From the NCBI GenBank assembly GCA_031263025.1, contig JAISGO010000016.1:28018-92017 (forward strand): DNA of 64,000 nt. The letters run 5' to 3'. The stretch's first letter is position 1; every line of letters begins with the position of its first letter. A program made the position numbers and the translations under genes. Shown piece after piece: positions 61,000-64,000 of this stretch. Under the pieces are notes generated by a model, which saw nothing but the letters and a program-made list of their open reading frames with translations, was not told the origin of the DNA and ran no database searches. This DNA comes from Coriobacteriales bacterium. GTDB lineage: Bacteria > Actinomycetota > Coriobacteriia > Coriobacteriales > UBA8131.

Positions 61000-62141
61000 A
61001 AGACGGTCTGAAGGCGAGGAGGGCGGCCGGACTGCTCTCGATAGTAGTGGCGTTGCTACTATGTGTTAGCTTGACCCAGCTGAGCGGCTGTGGCGGTGCA
61101 GACAGCGGGCAGGGCACAGGCGATAGCGCCAGTGGCCAGGCGGGTAGCCGGGTCATCACCGATGGCGCTGGGCGCCAGGTCACAGTACCGGCGGCGACCG
61201 ATCTGAAGAAGGTCTTCTTCACTTCCGCGACCGGCGAGATCTACCTTGACAGCCTGGCCCCGGAGCTAGCGGCTGGCCGGGGCGAGGACTATACGGCCGA
61301 TCAGCTGGCCTATCTGCCAGCCGGCGTCGACAAACTGCCCAACCTAGGGACGATCTCCGGCGGCAAACAGCTCAACCAAGAGGCCATCGTAGCCGCTGGC
61401 GTGCAGCTGATCATCGATGTCTCGGCCCAGGCGATCAGTGATAGTGACAAGACCCAGGCCGATGACCTGCAGCAGCAGACCGGCATCCCGGTGGCGGTCT
61501 ATGACGGGGAGTTCGCTAAGATCGCCCAGTGCTACACTGAGTTGGGCAGCCTGCTCGGGCGCGAGCAGCAGGCCAAGACCTTGGCTGATTATGTCACGAG
61601 CCGCCTCGACGCGGTGGAGAAGGCGGTAGCCACGGTACCGACCGATAAGAAGGTCTCGCTTTACTATGCTGAGGGCTCCAAGGGCCTTGAGACCGAGCCG
61701 GACAACTCGATGCACGCCCTGACTTTCCTCACTGCCGGCGCCGCCAACGTGGCCTCGAACATCCCGCTCGGCGGCAACAAGGGCATGAGCCCGGTCAACC
61801 TCGAACAGGTGATCAAGTGGAACCCCTCGGTGATCATCTCCACCTCCAATGCCGCTGGCGGCCCGGGCAATGCCATGCTCAAGGACGCGGACTGGGCTTC
61901 GATCAGCGCGGTCAAGAGCGGCCGGGTCTACGTGATGCCGGACGCGCCCTTCTCCTGGTGCGACCGTCCGCCTGCGGTCAACCGTATCCTCGGTGTGCAG
62001 TGGGTGGCCAACCTGCTTTACCCTAAGGCCTACAAGGTCGACATGGTCAAAGAGACGATCGACTTCTATAAGGCTTTCTATCACGTTGACCTCAGCGAAG
62101 CCAAGGCCAAGGCACTGCTCGGTAACAGCTATCAAGGATAG
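60996..62141 (+). CDS. ABC transporter substrate-binding lipoprotein (Peripla_BP_2, iron-siderophore/cobalamin type)
   Basis: Lipobox LTQLSGCGG. 381 aa. GTG start overlaps the ATPase stop. Pattern WNPSVIISTS...RVYVMPDAPFSW is typical of class III SBPs. Confidence 0.8.
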   Translation: MKDGLKARRAAGLLSIVVALLLCVSLTQLSGCGGADSGQGTGDSASGQAGSRVITDGAGRQVTVPAATDLKKVFFTSATGEIYLDSLAPELAAGRGEDYTADQLAYLPAGVDKLPNLGTISGGKQLNQEAIVAAGVQLIIDVSAQAISDSDKTQADDLQQQTGIPVAVYDGEFAKIAQCYTELGSLLGREQQAKTLADYVTSRLDAVEKAVATVPTDKKVSLYYAEGSKGLETEPDNSMHALTFLTAGAANVASNIPLGGNKGMSPVNLEQVIKWNPSVIISTSNAAGGPGNAMLKDADWASISAVKSGRVYVMPDAPFSWCDRPPAVNRILGVQWVANLLYPKAYKVDMVKETIDFYKAFYHVDLSEAKAKALLGNSYQG

Positions 62142-62191
62142 CGGCCTCAAGGCTTAAACGGCTGCTCGATAGCAGTAGCCAAACCGAGTCT

Positions 62192-62234
62192 AGCCCCCTC
62201 CTTGCCCTGATAGGCGATGAGGGGGCTGTTTTTT
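62192..62234 (+). terminator. Intrinsic terminator of the ABC operon
   Basis: AGCCCCCTC (62192-62200) pairs with GAGGGGGCT (62219-62227), followed by G and a T6 run. Confidence 0.7.
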
Positions 62235-62256
62235 CTGGCATTATCTCCTCGAGTCT

Positions 62257-62288
62257 CCTCGGGGACACCCTATAGAGTGTCCCCGAGG
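62257..62288. repeat. GGGGACAC palindrome (CCTCGGGGACAC-loop-GTGTCCCCGAGG)
   Basis: 12-bp stem with the loop CCTATAGA. Same family as 38233-38262. Confidence 0.6.
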
Positions 62289-62363
62289 ATCCTGAAAGCG
62301 CAACAAAAGATTCCAAAGAAAAACCCTTATCTTCAACTAAAATCGGTCTAATAGTTGACGTCT

Positions 62364-62489
62364 GTTACCTTGTGGCAGTGGATGGAGGGATTTCAGAGTA
62401 TACGGGGAGGTATACGATAAAATCCCTCCGCCCACTGCCACAAGGTAACAGATGGAGGGATTTCAGAGTATACGGGGAGGTATACGATG
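62364..62489 (+). promoter_or_regulatory. Structured leader of giant gene 3: 30-nt hairpin plus a 38-bp direct duplication of the RBS/start region
   Basis: Arms at 62364-62393 and 62420-62449 (28 Watson-Crick pairs + 1 G-U out of 30). GATGGAGGGATTTCAGAGTATACGGGGAGGTATACGAT lies at 62381-62418 and 62451-62488. The second copy ends in the ATG of the gene. Confidence 0.5.
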
Positions 62490-64000
62490 AAAAAAATGAA
62501 GCAAATGTCACAACTCCAGTTCATGGGTGTTTCCAAGTCAACCAAGCGTGTTCGCAAACTGCGTAGCTTGGCATTGTTCTTTCGGATTATCTTGGCCCTT
62601 GCCCTGTTTGCCTTCTTGCTCATGGTGGCATTCGATAAAGGTGGGAGTTTTTTCTCTGACGTCTTCGCCACCAACACCACGCCCTTCAAGGTCAGCGCGA
62701 CCAGCCCGAGTTCGGTCAGTAACCAGGGTGGTCAGACCGTCACCTTGACTGGAAGCGGTTTTCCTTATTCAGCGCAAGCCCCAAGCTCCATCAGCGAGGT
62801 TAAGACGCAAAGCCAAAGCTCAATCAAATCTCCAGTCAAAACAGGCTCCACACCGGAGGAGGGCAAGTCGCAAGATGAATCCAAGGCAGAGGATACCAAA
62901 CCGACCGTACCAACGGAGAAGGATGACGACGCGGTAGCGGCCAAAGCGGCCCCGGCACTTGAGGTCTTCATCGGCCAAGATGCCGCGCACGCTGTGGCCG
63001 TGAGCAATCTCAAGTTACTCTCCAGCACCCAGCTCAGCTTCAAAGTGCCCTCGGCCACGGCGGTCGGCTTGGGCAGCGCCGGCGGCAGCGCCAACATCTA
63101 TTTCAGCGCTGACGGCCTGGACAAGGTCAAGGTCGCCAGCTACGACTACCAGGCGGGCGAAGCTGCTCCTGTTTTGCGAGAGGTTAAGCCACAGGGAGCA
63201 CGCCCTTCCCCGCGTCGTGGAGACCCTCGGGCCCCGCTGGAGTCCCAGATCGGTTTTAAGTGGTCGGCTGATGGGAGCGATTGGTCTGACGGGGATTCCC
63301 ATGTCGTCCAGGACGAGACCAGCCACCTGGCGACCATCACGGGCTCGAGCAGCGCCTCGGAGCCACTGGTGCTCTATGTCACCACCGCCAACGACCAGGA
63401 GGCTTGGTCTTATGGCAATCCGGTTACGGGTAGCTATGCCAAGGGCGAGGATGGAGGCAGCGGTACGGCTTCTTCCGACCATGCAATCCTGATCAAGAGC
63501 GGGACCTACGTTGACCTGCATATTGCCGCTGACACGGCGGGAAGCTACGGTACGACGACGGTCGGGGGCGTTGATTTGGCGCCGACTTCCGATGCGGCGG
63601 CGCCTGGCCTCGACGTGGGCGGAAGTGGGACGGCCCTCTCCGCTGACACGGGACTTATCTTGGAGATTCCCAGTGGTGTGAGCTGTAGTTGCAAAGGCGG
63701 CGCCAAGGTGGCAGGCGACGGGGCGGGTAACTTCGCCAGCGCTCCCGGGATCCAGGTGGTATACCGTAGCGCCAGCGCCTCGGCGTCCCTCACGGTCAAT
63801 GGTGCCGGATTCCTCAACGCGACCGGCGGCGGCACGGCGGGCTATGCCGGCGGCGCGGGCATCGGTAGCGCCGGAACGGTCACGGCGAACAGCGTTTCTC
63901 CGGATTGTGGCTCTATCGACTTCAAGGGTGCGACGGTGGATGTCCAGGCGGGTCCTGGCGGGGCGGCGATCGGCAGTGGCGCGGGCCTCCGTCCAACCCA
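62487..64000 (+). CDS. Giant surface protein 3, N-terminal 504 codons (open at window end)
   Basis: Own translation; the frame has no stop to position 64000, so it is absent from the track. MKKMKQMSQLQFMGVSKSTKRVRKLRSLALFFRIILALALFAFLLMVAF (anchor), an IPT/TIG-like FKVSATSPSSVSNQGGQTVTLTGSGF, then the shared module start IGFKWSADGSDW...LYVTTANDQEAWSYG...SSDHAILIKSGTYVDLHIAADTAGSYGTT...PGLDVGG...GAGIGS...AAIGSG. Confidence 0.8.
   Translation, partial: MKKMKQMSQLQFMGVSKSTKRVRKLRSLALFFRIILALALFAFLLMVAFDKGGSFFSDVFATNTTPFKVSATSPSSVSNQGGQTVTLTGSGFPYSAQAPSSISEVKTQSQSSIKSPVKTGSTPEEGKSQDESKAEDTKPTVPTEKDDDAVAAKAAPALEVFIGQDAAHAVAVSNLKLLSSTQLSFKVPSATAVGLGSAGGSANIYFSADGLDKVKVASYDYQAGEAAPVLREVKPQGARPSPRRGDPRAPLESQIGFKWSADGSDWSDGDSHVVQDETSHLATITGSSSASEPLVLYVTTANDQEAWSYGNPVTGSYAKGEDGGSGTASSDHAILIKSGTYVDLHIAADTAGSYGTTTVGGVDLAPTSDAAAPGLDVGGSGTALSADTGLILEIPSGVSCSCKGGAKVAGDGAGNFASAPGIQVVYRSASASASLTVNGAGFLNATGGGTAGYAGGAGIGSAGTVTANSVSPDCGSIDFKGATVDVQAGPGGAAIGSGAGLRPT

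Noticed and set aside
62490-62496. A7 tract right after the giant gene 3 start codon, and the G7 tract at 28972-28978 in giant gene 2, as phase-variation switches
   Set aside because: The tracts are short for efficient slippage. For the A7 tract, an in-frame ATG follows immediately (62496), so a shift would not silence the gene. Only long-read heterogeneity could revive this idea.

Overview
Visibly GC-rich chromosomal window from a Gram-positive bacterium. Gene content and leaderless-type promoters suggest an actinobacterium, possibly Coriobacteriia, but that is inference only. I support about 50 protein genes. I found no rRNA or tRNA genes, no CRISPR array, and no integrase or transposase.

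Housekeeping backbone: partial uvrA-like gene, MBL hydrolase, HhH-GPD glycosylase, TrpB2-type tryptophan synthase beta, thiamine pyrophosphokinase, trpS, guaA, mdh, paaK-like ligase, mntP, and MFS, SSS, MMPL and ABC transporters.

Three things dominate.

(1) Three paralogous giant surface proteins lie at 10413-16445 (minus), 28629-38222 (plus) and 62487 to beyond 64000 (plus). They are built from a repeated ~570-660 aa module that I cannot assign to a named family. One ends in a WxL-like (YxL variant) domain and sits next to two small WxL-like secreted proteins. This is my best candidate for an undescribed cell-surface system.

(2) Lower-GC accessory patches are rich in toxin-antitoxin and abortive-infection genes.
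- 16.4-24.0 kb: Fic, orphan VbhA-like antitoxin, truncated Fic, RhuM, decayed regulator and BRO genes, iteron-like repeats, orphan EncFtn-like ferritin, HTH-HipA kinase.
- 25.6-26.3 kb: VapBC.
- 43.3-47.7 kb: E2-like acyltransferase, GNAT, Fic, AbiEi/AbiEii.

(3) Several families of short dispersed palindromic repeats (REPIN-like doublets) bracket accessory genes.

Candidate cis-regulatory RNAs include a leaderless Trp-codon leader peptide and attenuator upstream of trpB2, a duplicated-RBS hairpin leader upstream of the third giant gene, and a promoter-plus-terminator sRNA candidate. All functional calls come from motif recognition by eye; no database search was run.
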